Part shown: in pieces, positions 36,695-46,475 of the stretch
Position numbering within the stretch: the first letter of the stretch is position 1
Layout: each line of letters begins with the position of its first letter
NCBI GenBank assembly: GCA_965248575.1
Contig: CBDFJQ010000002.1
Span: 4,832,001-4,896,000, forward strand
DNA length: 64,000 nt
Source of the DNA: Planctomycetota bacterium
Lineage (GTDB): Bacteria > Planctomycetota > B15-G4
Direction: 5' to 3'
Made by a program: the position numbers and the translations under genes
Notes under the pieces: generated by a model
Databases searched by the model: none
Told to the model about the DNA's origin: nothing
Seen by the model: only the letters and a program-made list of their open reading frames with translations

Positions 36695-38467
36695 ATGCTT
36701 GTTACGCCAAGGAACTTCATCAGCTCGTGGGCAGTCGTGGGCATCCTGATCGGGCTTGTTGCCGGGCCGTTGCAGGCTGCCGACCCGGCTGCCAAGGAAC
36801 TCAAGCAGGCGGGACGGGCCGTGGACAAGCTCGTGCGCCAGGAGAGCGCGTCGCAGCTCAAGGACCTGAAGAGCGAGCTCAAGACACTGCTCGCCGAAGT
36901 GGCGTCTTCGACGAAGACGCCCACCGACGCATTGGGTGATGCGGTCCTTGCCACCGCGGAGGCGGCGGCTGCCGTGTCGACAGCGGCCTTCGATGGCGTG
37001 GTGAGTGTGCGCGACGATGCCGTCGATGCAGCGCTCGGCGGGAGCGAGGGTGCAGTCTTGCTCGGCAGGGACTTCCAGGCGGGAGGCCACGGCACCTGGG
37101 ATGACATCCTGAGCCGCCTGCACGCCAGCATGGGACGGCTGGACGCGAAGCTCAGCAAGGCGCTCTGGAAGTTCGTGATTCGACTCGAGAAAGCCTCGTC
37201 GAAGCTCGGCAACGAAACGGATGTCCATCTGCAGATCCAGGAGCACGACCGGCGCATCGATGCCGTGCAGTGTCCCGCATCCCTGGCGGCAAACCCTGGC
37301 CTGGAGGCGAGTGCCGATGTACCGATTCTCCAAGTCCACATTGAAGCGCGCATCATCAACATCGATGACACCTTCACGAGCCAGATCGGCATCCGAGGTT
37401 TCGGAAACGCGATGGCGAACTTGGAGTACGTCACCTCCATGGGCACGACGCCCGTGGTCGATATTCCGATGCTGCCTTCCGGGGTCGCCCTGAACACTCA
37501 AATGATGGGGAACCGCTCCATCGGGCCCTACCGCGTCGACGTCGTGGACCCTGTCAGCGGCGAGCGCATGGACAGCGCCGGTGGGCGCCCGCCGTCAACG
37601 ACCAGTGCCAGCGGCGGCGACGTGAAGCCCATCGTCAAGCAAGCCGTGAAGTCCATGCGCTTGGACTCCAAGTTCTACGGTCAGGTCACGGGAGACGTCC
37701 TGAAGAGCTACCGCAAGGCCGATTCTCAGACGTGCAAGGACCATGCGAAGGGCGACCTGGGAACCGAGGACGCGCTCGATCAACTGTTCAGCAATCATCG
37801 GGACGCGCTCGCCAACACCAGTTTCTGGCAGGGCATCGTGTTGAGCAATCCCGTCCTGTTCGCACAGAGCGAATTGAGTGACTTGGAGGTCGCTGACGAG
37901 GACATCCCCGACGACCTGGCTGCGGACGCCGGGGGAGCGTTCACCAAGCACAATGAGAAGGTGAACCGTCGCACCGCGCAGCGCGGTCGGTCCTTTATGA
38001 AGCTCGGCATGAAGTCCATCTACCGGATCGTCAAGAAGGCGACCAAGGATGGGGAGAATGTCGCCGTGAACGCGATCTTCGGGCGGGGCCGCACGAATCA
38101 GGGGCCAACCGTCAGCACCTTCGACTCGGCCGTCGTGCAGCTGAACGTCACGCCCCACATCACCGCAGCCGGCACGATCACCCTGGAAATCTCTCCCGGA
38201 GTCATCGAATCGACGGCCATCATCATCGGACAGACTCCCACCAGCGACCTCGGTTTCGACCTGACCCAGGTGAATCTCGCGGATGGGCAGACCACGGTGA
38301 TCGATGGTCTTATGTCCTCGGTCAGCGACGGAACCTTCAAGGAGAAGATTCCCTTCTTCAGCAATCTCCCGTTGGTCGGGAGGCTCTTCAAGTCGGGGCC
38401 CAACGAAGACGCTGACACCGACCTGTTGGTGCTCGTGACTGCGATGATCCTGCCGGGCAACAACTAG
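36695..38467 (+). CDS. Atypical secretin-motif protein with two 148-aa helical repeats
   Basis: Signal peptide; QVHIEARIINID..QIGI; LNVTPHI...ITLEI; TQVNLADGQTTVIDGL; KIPFFSNLPLVGRLFK; LLVLVT. Confidence 0.7.
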   Translation: MLVTPRNFISSWAVVGILIGLVAGPLQAADPAAKELKQAGRAVDKLVRQESASQLKDLKSELKTLLAEVASSTKTPTDALGDAVLATAEAAAAVSTAAFDGVVSVRDDAVDAALGGSEGAVLLGRDFQAGGHGTWDDILSRLHASMGRLDAKLSKALWKFVIRLEKASSKLGNETDVHLQIQEHDRRIDAVQCPASLAANPGLEASADVPILQVHIEARIINIDDTFTSQIGIRGFGNAMANLEYVTSMGTTPVVDIPMLPSGVALNTQMMGNRSIGPYRVDVVDPVSGERMDSAGGRPPSTTSASGGDVKPIVKQAVKSMRLDSKFYGQVTGDVLKSYRKADSQTCKDHAKGDLGTEDALDQLFSNHRDALANTSFWQGIVLSNPVLFAQSELSDLEVADEDIPDDLAADAGGAFTKHNEKVNRRTAQRGRSFMKLGMKSIYRIVKKATKDGENVAVNAIFGRGRTNQGPTVSTFDSAVVQLNVTPHITAAGTITLEISPGVIESTAIIIGQTPTSDLGFDLTQVNLADGQTTVIDGLMSSVSDGTFKEKIPFFSNLPLVGRLFKSGPNEDADTDLLVLVTAMILPGNN

Positions 38468-38498
38468 GGGCCGCTCGACGCGCTGGGGAGCGTCGCGA

Positions 38499-38789
38499 CT
38501 ACATGGCGGCGAGGGTCAGCCCAAAGCTGAGCAGGTAGAGCCAGAGCACCACGCCTGCCACCGTGTTCTGGTCGCGCTGCAGCTTCTGGACGTCAGCGGG
38601 GAAGCGACCCAGCTTGAGGGCCCACATCAACTTGGCGCCCGGTCGTTCGATGAGCAGCTGGATGGCCTTGTCCTTGTCGAGCGTGGCGAAGAACGACTGG
38701 CACCAGCGGGTGAAGGACTTCATGAGCTCTCGTGGGTGGACGACCGGAGATTCGCTGAGGGCGTGGGAGTCCGTTGTGGGTGGGGACAT
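38499..38789 (-). CDS. Small hypothetical membrane protein
   Basis: 96 aa with C-terminal TM helix; start inferred. Confidence 0.5.
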   Translation of the reverse strand: MSPPTTDSHALSESPVVHPRELMKSFTRWCQSFFATLDKDKAIQLLIERPGAKLMWALKLGRFPADVQKLQRDQNTVAGVVLWLYLLSFGLTLAAM

Positions 38790-39039
38790 GGCGGTGTCTC
38801 GCGTGGAAGTCGAAGGACCATCCGTTTCGGAGGCATCCGAAGGTTCCGGATGATCCCCTGCGACGATGGGGCCGTTGTTGGGATCGGGATCCCGCGTCTT
38901 GCAGCGGGTCCTGTAGCGGGCCGCGAGTCGGCAGGACGCCACCGCGTTCCGCCAGGCCTGATAGGCTCGGGGGCGGAATCGGAGACGGGTTGGGCAGCGG
39001 TCAAGTGGCCGGCTCTCAGCCCCCTTTTGGGAGAGAGTC

Positions 39040-40071
39040 ATGGCTAGGACCAAGGTGTCGTTCGCCTCGTGCAACCTGCTCAACCTGAATCGCCCCGGGT
39101 TGAGGATCTATCGGGACAGCGATGGCTGGAGTGACGAGCAGTACGAGCGCAAGATCGCGTGGCTGTCCGAGCGCGTGGGGAGCCTGGGTGCGGACGTCTG
39201 GGGCTTCCAGGAACTCTGGCATGAGCAGAGCTTGGTGGAGGTCTTCGAGGCAGCAGGGCTCGGGGACAGCCACCGCATGCTCGTACCGGAGGGTCATGCG
39301 GGGGGCAAGATCGTCTGCGCCGGTGCCGTGCTCGAGGAGATCCTGGTGGGGGAGCCCGAGTGGATCGTGGACTTCCCGGAGAAGTTCAGGCTCGAGAGCC
39401 AGGGTGATGACCCCCAGACGCCGAAGATCAGCGTGGCCGTCGCGTCCTTCTCACGACCCGTGCTGCACTTCCGGGTGCAGCCGAGGGATGAAAGCAGCCC
39501 CATCTCGGTCTACGTGGCCCACTTCAAGTCCAAGCGTCCTACGGACATCTACCGTGAGGGCTGGTACCGCGATGACGACGAGTACTACAAGCGGCACAAG
39601 GAGGGGTTCGGGTCGGCACTGTCCACCATCCGACGCACGGCTGAAGCAGCGGCCTTACGCCAGATCATCAGCGATCGCTTCGTGGGCAACGATGACCCGG
39701 TCGTAGTCCTGGGCGATCTGAACGACAACGCCCACAGCAACACTTTGAACATCCTGACCGGGCAGCCCAACTACCTGCGCTCCCCGTGGAGCAAGGGCGG
39801 TAGCGACACGGACCTCTACTCAGTTGGCGCCCTGCAGTCTCTGAGAAGCCTGCGCGACGTGTACTACACACACGTGTTCCAGAACGTGCGCGAGACGCTG
39901 GACCACATCCTCGTCTCGCAGGAGTTCTATGACCAATCGAAGAAGCGGGTCTGGGGCTTTCGCGGGGCGGAGATCGCGAACGATCACCTGAACCGTGAAG
40001 ACCACAAGCAGAGTGGCACGACCGACCACGGCATCGTCTGGGCCGAGTTCGAGTACCGCCCTGCAAGCTGA
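39040..40071 (+). CDS. Endonuclease/exonuclease/phosphatase (EEP) family protein
   Basis: SCNLLNL, GFQE, FSRP, HFKSK, LGDLND, LDHILVS, TDHG. Confidence 0.9.
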   Translation: MARTKVSFASCNLLNLNRPGLRIYRDSDGWSDEQYERKIAWLSERVGSLGADVWGFQELWHEQSLVEVFEAAGLGDSHRMLVPEGHAGGKIVCAGAVLEEILVGEPEWIVDFPEKFRLESQGDDPQTPKISVAVASFSRPVLHFRVQPRDESSPISVYVAHFKSKRPTDIYREGWYRDDDEYYKRHKEGFGSALSTIRRTAEAAALRQIISDRFVGNDDPVVVLGDLNDNAHSNTLNILTGQPNYLRSPWSKGGSDTDLYSVGALQSLRSLRDVYYTHVFQNVRETLDHILVSQEFYDQSKKRVWGFRGAEIANDHLNREDHKQSGTTDHGIVWAEFEYRPAS

Positions 40072-40126
40072 GGTTCGTCCCCCAACGCCCTGCATCCTGC
40101 AGTGCGCTGTGCGGGAGTTCTGACCG

Positions 40127-40579
40127 TCAGCTCGAGGACGTGGTCTGCAACGGGCTCACTTCGCTTGAAATGGTGCTGTTCACCCCGTCGAAGCCGTTGT
40201 GGTTGAACACGACGGTGTAGGCGCCGTAGCCAGCAGAGGCACCAGCGCGGGTCAGGGTGACTTCCCAGCCCGTCTGCAGGGTGGATTCCGTACTGGGCAC
40301 CGCCACCGCTCCGACTGTGAAGTACTCGAGGCTGCCGAGCTCCACATCCAGGGCGCCGAGGCTGCTTGCGTACTCGCCCTGCCTGGCGTGATGGCGCTCC
40401 TGGCCTGCATGCACCGTAGCCATGTAGTTGAAGGCCTCAGCGGCCTTCGAACGTTCGACGGAGCTCAGGAAACGCGGCACCGCAAAGGCAGCGAGCACCC
40501 CAATGATCACGACGACGACTGCGAGTTCGACGAGCGTGAAACCGGCCGTCGTCTTGGAGTGGGGGCGCGAGAAACGCAT
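40127..40579 (-). CDS. Type IV pilin / pseudopilin-like protein
   Basis: Prepilin site AG|FTLVELAVVVVIIGVLAAFAVP with Glu5; 150 aa. Confidence 0.9.
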   Translation of the reverse strand: MRFSRPHSKTTAGFTLVELAVVVVIIGVLAAFAVPRFLSSVERSKAAEAFNYMATVHAGQERHHARQGEYASSLGALDVELGSLEYFTVGAVAVPSTESTLQTGWEVTLTRAGASAGYGAYTVVFNHNGFDGVNSTISSEVSPLQTTSSS

Positions 40580-40742
40580 GGAACTGCCTCTGAGAAGGGT
40601 GGTCACCCCAGCCTTTCGACCCACGGCCGGGCGCTCGGTGAGGCCGAATCCCTTCTCACTGGTGAGAATCACCGTCGTCGATAGGACAGCGCAGCGCCCG
40701 CTCGATGCGATTCGAAGAGCGTTGGGGGGCTGAGGGCCCGAG

Positions 40743-41735
40743 CTAGGGAGGTTCGGCCTCTTCAGAGGGTGTCGGTCGCTTCGCACGACTTTCTTTTTCC
40801 GGAGCAGCGAAACTCTCGTTGAAAGCCTGGAGAGTGTCGGCTTCCGAGTCCAACCGCCAGTCAGGCTCTCCCTCCCGTCGCTTGTCCAGGTCGAACCAGA
40901 CCACACCGGTGACCGTCGGGTGCCGGGCGAGGCTCCGCCAGGCATCGCGAACCCAACGTGCACGCTGGCCGGGGCCACCCGGGGCGCTTCCGGTCTCACC
41001 CACGAAGATCGGCTTGTCGGGGTAGCGCTCAGCCAGCTCCCACAAGGGTTCGTCGAAGACCTCCGAGAATGACTGCCATGTGTGCCACTGGTCGTGGGCA
41101 TCACCGAAGTTGTAGCCGTCGAAACCGACCCGGTCGACGACGTCATGGCCCGGGTAGTAGAGGTGGATGTCGTTTCCGGGCAGATCGGGAACGCTGACGA
41201 TGTTCGGCGTCCAGACCCACTCGACATGCTGGGCGCCGGCACTCTGGAAGATCTGGTGCGCATGACGCCAGGCCGCGATGTAGTCCTTCGGAGAACCGCT
41301 CCAACTGAACCAGTCACCGTTCATTTCGAAGCCGAAGCGCAGGAGGATCGGCCCCCCTTCCTCCCTCGCGTCCTGTGCCCAGGACGTCAGCTCTGCATCG
41401 TAGGCTCCTTCCAGGAGGCGCGGGAGCTGCTTCGACTGGCCGTCGTGCCAAAGGCCCAGTTCGAGTGAGATCACTGGTGTTGAACCGACGCTGCGGATCG
41501 CCTTCACGGCGGCGTGGGGAAACACCAGGTTGCCGAGGTCGCGATAGAACATGACGAAATCCGGGGACGTCGGGTGGCGCGCGACGAGCGCTGCCATGTC
41601 CCCCGCGTAGTCCCGGCTCGGCCAGTAGATCCGATAGATGCCCCACTGGATGTCATGCCGTGGCGCGTCGGCCGGCCGATCCGGACCCGCACCTCTGCAA
41701 GCGCCCAGGCAGCTCAGGATCAGCGATAGCAGCAT
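40743..41735 (-). CDS. Glycoside hydrolase family 26-like lipoprotein
   Basis: Lipobox LGAC; LRFGFEMNGDW, WVWTPN, YYPG, GFDGYN, KPIFVGETG. Confidence 0.85.
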   Translation of the reverse strand: MLLSLILSCLGACRGAGPDRPADAPRHDIQWGIYRIYWPSRDYAGDMAALVARHPTSPDFVMFYRDLGNLVFPHAAVKAIRSVGSTPVISLELGLWHDGQSKQLPRLLEGAYDAELTSWAQDAREEGGPILLRFGFEMNGDWFSWSGSPKDYIAAWRHAHQIFQSAGAQHVEWVWTPNIVSVPDLPGNDIHLYYPGHDVVDRVGFDGYNFGDAHDQWHTWQSFSEVFDEPLWELAERYPDKPIFVGETGSAPGGPGQRARWVRDAWRSLARHPTVTGVVWFDLDKRREGEPDWRLDSEADTLQAFNESFAAPEKESRAKRPTPSEEAEPP

Positions 41736-42007
41736 CACGCGCTGGGTGTACCCCACCGGACTCGCGCGGGAGGCAGGGTTCAGCTTCGGCCGAAGAGCGC
41801 GTGTCGTAGACGAAGAGCTGAGCATGCTGGGAGCTTACGCAACTCGCCGCCCACGTCAGAGGCGTGCGAGCCTTCAACAAAACGCGCCGGCACTTGCGCA
41901 GGGGCGAAGGCAATGCTGGGAGCGTCTTCATGGATCAAACCTGCCGGGGATGTTGTGGGTCGCAGATTCCTCGCAGATCACCCCCGGAGTGGTTCTATCC
42001 TGTCCGC

Positions 42008-42199
42008 ATGCCCCGCAAAGCCATCGAGATCCTGCTGGTCGAGGACGACGCCCAGATCCGGGCCGAGGCCCACGGTGGAACTGTCGGCGCGCACAATGGG
42101 CCAGAGGGTGGCGCCTCAGTCTGCTTCTCCGTGCCACGCCCTCCGTCCAGCCTCAGCTCGTCGTCAGCAGAGGGCGATTCCGCATGCGACCTCGCATGA
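42008..42199 (+). pseudogene. Chimeric remnant: response-regulator N-terminus joined to histidine-kinase C-terminus
   Basis: MPRKAIEILLVEDDAQIR|AEAHGGTVGAHNGPEGGASVCFSVP. Confidence 0.7.
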
Positions 42200-42771
42200 G
42201 AGGCCATCTTTGCTTCGAGACCGAGCGGGCCCGAGTTCGCCGCCTGGTCATGGACGATGTCGACGGCATGCTGAGCGTGTATGGGGATCCGCGCACCATG
42301 CGCTTCGTCGGCAAGACCCTGAAGCGTGCGGGCTGCATCAAGTGGGTCGAGGCGACCCTCGAGAACTACGACCGTTACGGCTACGGCATGTGGGTGGTGG
42401 AGTCGCTTGAGTTGCCGGAGCTCTCCCCCGCGGCGGACGACGACTCCCTGCTCGGCTTCTGTGGCCTGGTGCATCCGGGTGGGCAGGACGAGGTAGAACT
42501 CAAGTATGCCTACCGGCCAGAGGTCTGGGGCCAGGGGTTCGCCACGGAGGTGGCGGAGTCGGCCTTGATGCACGGGGCGATCCGATTGGGGAAGACGGAC
42601 GTGATCGCCACGGCTGACCCGGAGAACACGGCTTCGCATCGCGTCTTGCTCAAGGCGGGCATGAAACCGGCGCCAGCACGAAGGGAAGCGGATGGAAGTC
42701 AGACGTCGGTCTTCCGTTGGAGTGCGGGCCCCATCGCTGAACGCGTCGACTTCCTCAAGCGAAACCCCTGA
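42184..42771 (+). CDS. GNAT N-acetyltransferase (RimJ/RimL type)
   Basis: FETER, GYGMW, GFCGL, ELKY, WGQGFATE, NTASHRVLLKAGM. Confidence 0.88.
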   Translation: MRPRMRGHLCFETERARVRRLVMDDVDGMLSVYGDPRTMRFVGKTLKRAGCIKWVEATLENYDRYGYGMWVVESLELPELSPAADDDSLLGFCGLVHPGGQDEVELKYAYRPEVWGQGFATEVAESALMHGAIRLGKTDVIATADPENTASHRVLLKAGMKPAPARREADGSQTSVFRWSAGPIAERVDFLKRNP

Positions 42772-42785
42772 AGCGGGATTGATCC

Positions 42786-43292
42786 ATGACGTGCACCCTC
42801 CGAAACTACGAGCCCGGCGACCTCGAGAGCTGTCGCGAACTCTGGCACGAGCTGACCCAGCGCCATCGGGACATCTACAACGACCAGACCATCGGTGGCG
42901 ACCAGCCCGGCTTGCAGTTCGACACCTACCTGGCGAGGGACGATCTCGTCGGGCCGTGGGTCGCCGTGCAGGAGGGTCAGGTGGTGGGCTTGACGGGGCT
43001 GCAGGTCACCGGCAAGGAGGCAGAGCTCGAACCGGTGGTGGTGAGGAAGGAAGCGCGGGGGCAGGGGCTGGGCACGAGGCTCATCGTCCATGCCAAAGAG
43101 CAGGCGCTGGCGCTGGGTGTGACCCATCTCTCCATCCGGCCGGTCGGGCGCAACATCGAGGCCATCCGCTGCTTCCACCGCGCTGGCTTCAGCATCCTGG
43201 GGCGGGTCGAACTCTTCACGGACCTGAAGCAGCCTCGCGAGGGGCTCTGGAAGTCCGGGCTGGAACTCCATGGGCAGGAGTTCCGTTACTGA
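42786..43292 (+). CDS. GNAT N-acetyltransferase
   Basis: VVRKEARGQGLGTRL; N-x-x-A-x-x-x-F-x-x-x-GF. Confidence 0.88.
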   Translation: MTCTLRNYEPGDLESCRELWHELTQRHRDIYNDQTIGGDQPGLQFDTYLARDDLVGPWVAVQEGQVVGLTGLQVTGKEAELEPVVVRKEARGQGLGTRLIVHAKEQALALGVTHLSIRPVGRNIEAIRCFHRAGFSILGRVELFTDLKQPREGLWKSGLELHGQEFRY

Positions 43293-43383
43293 CGGGTGAA
43301 CTGCACGTTGCGTTTGGGTACACCCGCTGCAACGAAAACGGGGCACGTGAGCGTGCCCGCTGCCCTCAACGGAAGACACTCCC

Positions 43384-44340
43384 ATGGCGGAACCGGAAGT
43401 CGACAATGCGCCCGAGAAGTACGCGCAGCGTCTCCGGCGGAACAAGAAGGCTTACCAGCGGGCCTTTGAATCCGAGGGCAAGATCTGGGGCGAGAAGTTT
43501 TCCAGCGCGGAACGGCGCGCGAAGATCCTGGCCGACCAGGCCGCCGCCGCCGAGCTGGGGCTCAACCAGCATCAGCTGAATCTGATGGGTTGCCTGAAGG
43601 GGTTGGGTTCCAAGTTCAAGACGGGCTTGAGCCTCGCCTGCGGTGATGGCCGGGCCGAGCGCCGCCTGATGAAGGCCGGGCGCGGGGAGCGCTTCCATGG
43701 CATCGACGTGGCCCCCAAGGCCGTCGAAGCCGCTCAGGGCCTCGCCGACGCGGACCAGTTGGCGATCACTTATGAGGTGGCGGACCTGAACAGCGTGCAG
43801 CTCGCGCCGGCCAGCTATGACCTCGTGGTCACGCAGAACTGCCTGCATCATGTCTTGGAGCTGGAGCACCTGGCCGAACAGGTCTGGGGTTGTCTACGCC
43901 CGGACGGCCTGCTCTGGATCCAGGACTACATTGGTGAGTCGCAGTTCCAGTACTCCGACGCTCGCATTGAGATCGCGAATCGCTGGCTTGGGCTCCTGCC
44001 GGAAGAGCTGCGCTACGACAGCGTGAACGATCGCACCATCGGATCGATTGAACGACGGCCCGTGGGGCAGCTCGTGTCGCCCTTCGAGGCGGTGCGTTCC
44101 CTGGAGATCATGCCCATCTTCCTGCGCTACTTCGAAGTGGTCAGGAAGCGCGAATCCCGGGCCGTGATGCACCTCGTCTGTCCCAAGGGGTTCCGGGGCA
44201 GCTACCTCGTCAGCGAAGCCAGTCGAAGCCTGTTCAAGATGATGGCCGAGATGGATGAGATCTTGATCGAGTCGGGAGCCCTGCCGCCCGCCGAAGGGCG
44301 CTACCTCTTGCGTCGACGGGCCGAGCCCCTGCCTGCCTAG
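43384..44340 (+). CDS. Class I SAM-dependent methyltransferase
   Basis: LSLACGDG, GIDVA, VADLN, YDLVV...LHHV, LRPDG. Confidence 0.88.
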   Translation: MAEPEVDNAPEKYAQRLRRNKKAYQRAFESEGKIWGEKFSSAERRAKILADQAAAAELGLNQHQLNLMGCLKGLGSKFKTGLSLACGDGRAERRLMKAGRGERFHGIDVAPKAVEAAQGLADADQLAITYEVADLNSVQLAPASYDLVVTQNCLHHVLELEHLAEQVWGCLRPDGLLWIQDYIGESQFQYSDARIEIANRWLGLLPEELRYDSVNDRTIGSIERRPVGQLVSPFEAVRSLEIMPIFLRYFEVVRKRESRAVMHLVCPKGFRGSYLVSEASRSLFKMMAEMDEILIESGALPPAEGRYLLRRRAEPLPA

Positions 44341-44357
44341 GGTTGCGCGCGCACGCC

Positions 44358-44729
44358 CTACTCCTCGTCCAGCAGCTTGAGCAGCTTCTTGGGTGCGATG
44401 CAGCGGTAACTCTCCTCGAGCCATTGTTGGAGCAGGCCCAAGGGCGGGTCGTCCCCGGGCTTGAAGGAGGCGCTCACCCAACCGTGCTTGCCGAGCCCAT
44501 AGCCGGTGGGCTCCGCCCAGGAGTTCTTGAGCGCCTGGGCCGCCGAGTGGGGCAGCTTCATGCTCATGCCCAGCCGCTCGTCCTCCAGGGCCAAGAAGAG
44601 GAACACCTTCTTGCGCACCTTGAAGGCGTCGTGGCCCCAGGGGTGCTCGAGCGTGGCCTCGGGATAGTCGAGGGCGATGGTCCTCAGGACCGAATCGATC
44701 TTGGCGAGGGTCTTGGATTTGCGTGCCAT
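44358..44729 (-). CDS. MmcQ/YjbR family protein
   Basis: HPWGHDAFKVRKKVF...PTGYGLGKHGWV...WLEESYR..APKKL. Confidence 0.88.
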   Translation of the reverse strand: MARKSKTLAKIDSVLRTIALDYPEATLEHPWGHDAFKVRKKVFLFLALEDERLGMSMKLPHSAAQALKNSWAEPTGYGLGKHGWVSASFKPGDDPPLGLLQQWLEESYRCIAPKKLLKLLDEE

Positions 44730-44749
44730 GGTCAGCCGGGCTCCGAGAA

Positions 44750-46456
44750 TCAGTAGGTGCGCGAGAAGCTGCCGATGATCTTCGCAGGTGGATCCGCGGC
44801 CCAGTAGTCGGCAGTGGAGATCTGAATGTTCACGCTGGCTTGGGGTGCGAGTTGCAGCAGGAAGGGCGGTGACTCCAGCGCCAGCCTCTGGCTGGGGTCG
44901 GAGGCCACCTCCCAGGTCCACTTCCCGTGGAAGAGGCCGCGGAAGCTGCTGTCGGCGAGGTTGGTGATGCGCACGCTGGGGCGGCCGAAGGCGTCGTTGT
45001 CCGGATGGCGCAGCGCCTCGAAGTCGAGCCCGTCATGGGCTGTCCTGCCGAGCTGGCGGAACAGGAACTCGTGTCGACCGATCCGCGAGTTGGCGAGCAA
45101 GGTCCAGTCGGATCGGTTCCACGTCCCATCCAGCAGGTTGCGGTAGACCAGATCGGCCTCGAGCCCGGTGTCCTCGAGGATCCCCTTGAAATGCCAGGTC
45201 TCCTCGGGGCTGTCCACCGCAACGAAACGTTCGTACCTGGGCACGCGTTCCAGCCGGTAGCGGGATGCGAGGTATTCCGCGTGTGCCTCCCCCAGGCGGG
45301 CCGGGGTCGACGCAGGGGGGAAGGCCTTGCCCACACCCAGCAGCTCCTCCTGATAGTGGTGCATGATCTCGTGGATCAACACATCCTTCAGCATGGGCAG
45401 GGAGTACTCGGGCTTGCGCAGGATGTAGATGACGTTGCCGGCCGGCGAGTAGCCGTGCACGTCCTCGACCTGCGACGCGACGAGCTCGTCCAGGGTGGCG
45501 CGGCGCTGTTCAGGGCTCGCATCACCGTCCGGCCCCAGGCGCCCCTCGGCGCGGAGCCAGTCTTCGGCGGCCTGGTAGTTGGTTTCGACGAATGGGCGCA
45601 GGCTCTCGAAGGCGTCGCCCCGGTCCACGGGGCGGAACTCGAGCGCCGCAGCCGGGGTCCAGGCCAGCCAGTCGGCAATGTCTTCGTGGAAGCCGGTCCC
45701 CAGTCGCTGGAGCTCCGCGGCATCGATGGCCTCCGTGGCGAGGATGTCCTCGACGATTTCCTCGCAGAGCACCTGTGCGGACTCGGTGGCGTGTGCGAAG
45801 GGGGCTTCTTCCAGGGCGTAAACCAGGCGCGGCTCCGTCGTCTGGAAATCCTGATAGACGTGGCCTGGGCGACCCCAGCCCCGGGCGACCACCTGCGTGG
45901 CGACATCCTCGGTGCTGGCTTCCCCGTCCTGGTCTGGGTTTGGGGCGACACGCAGGATCGCCACGCGACGCAAGCGGTCGAGGTCAGGAGCATCGGGTGC
46001 AATGGCGCTGGTCCCCTGCTTGTATTGAGCCAACGGGACTTCGACGAGGCGTGTTCCTGGCGCCGTGAGCCACTGCCTGAGTTCGGCTCGCCAGGCGTCC
46101 CGCAGGCCGGCGCGCACGTCCGTGGGCAGGCGCTCATCGTCACCATGCACGCCGTCCAGGCGCACGCGTTCCTCTCCACGCTCGCTGCGGATGCGCAGCA
46201 CATGCACGTCCAACACGTCCAGCAGCTCCACCGGGCGGGGCGTGTGATCCAGGGTGAGCTCCTGCGCCCCTTCGGCCCGCGCCCGTCCGATCAGGTCCAC
46301 GACCTCGTCGGATGTGGAGGTGACCTCCAGTCGCAGGAAGTGGCGTTGGGCTGTGCCTTGGTCGTCGGCGCTTCCACAGGCGGGCAGGGTCGTCGCGAGA
46401 ACGAGCGCGAGGCACGCGAGGCAGGTGGCTTGTGGGCTTCGTCGACGCGCGGGCAT
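44750..46456 (-). CDS. Lipoprotein with HExxH...E zinc-metallopeptidase-like motif
   Basis: Lipobox LPAC; VLIHEIMHHYQE...GEAHAEY; 19 bp downstream of pqiB. Confidence 0.65.
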   Translation of the reverse strand: MPARRRSPQATCLACLALVLATTLPACGSADDQGTAQRHFLRLEVTSTSDEVVDLIGRARAEGAQELTLDHTPRPVELLDVLDVHVLRIRSERGEERVRLDGVHGDDERLPTDVRAGLRDAWRAELRQWLTAPGTRLVEVPLAQYKQGTSAIAPDAPDLDRLRRVAILRVAPNPDQDGEASTEDVATQVVARGWGRPGHVYQDFQTTEPRLVYALEEAPFAHATESAQVLCEEIVEDILATEAIDAAELQRLGTGFHEDIADWLAWTPAAALEFRPVDRGDAFESLRPFVETNYQAAEDWLRAEGRLGPDGDASPEQRRATLDELVASQVEDVHGYSPAGNVIYILRKPEYSLPMLKDVLIHEIMHHYQEELLGVGKAFPPASTPARLGEAHAEYLASRYRLERVPRYERFVAVDSPEETWHFKGILEDTGLEADLVYRNLLDGTWNRSDWTLLANSRIGRHEFLFRQLGRTAHDGLDFEALRHPDNDAFGRPSVRITNLADSSFRGLFHGKWTWEVASDPSQRLALESPPFLLQLAPQASVNIQISTADYWAADPPAKIIGSFSRTY

Positions 46457-46475
46457 GGTGGGCAGGCCCTGCGCC

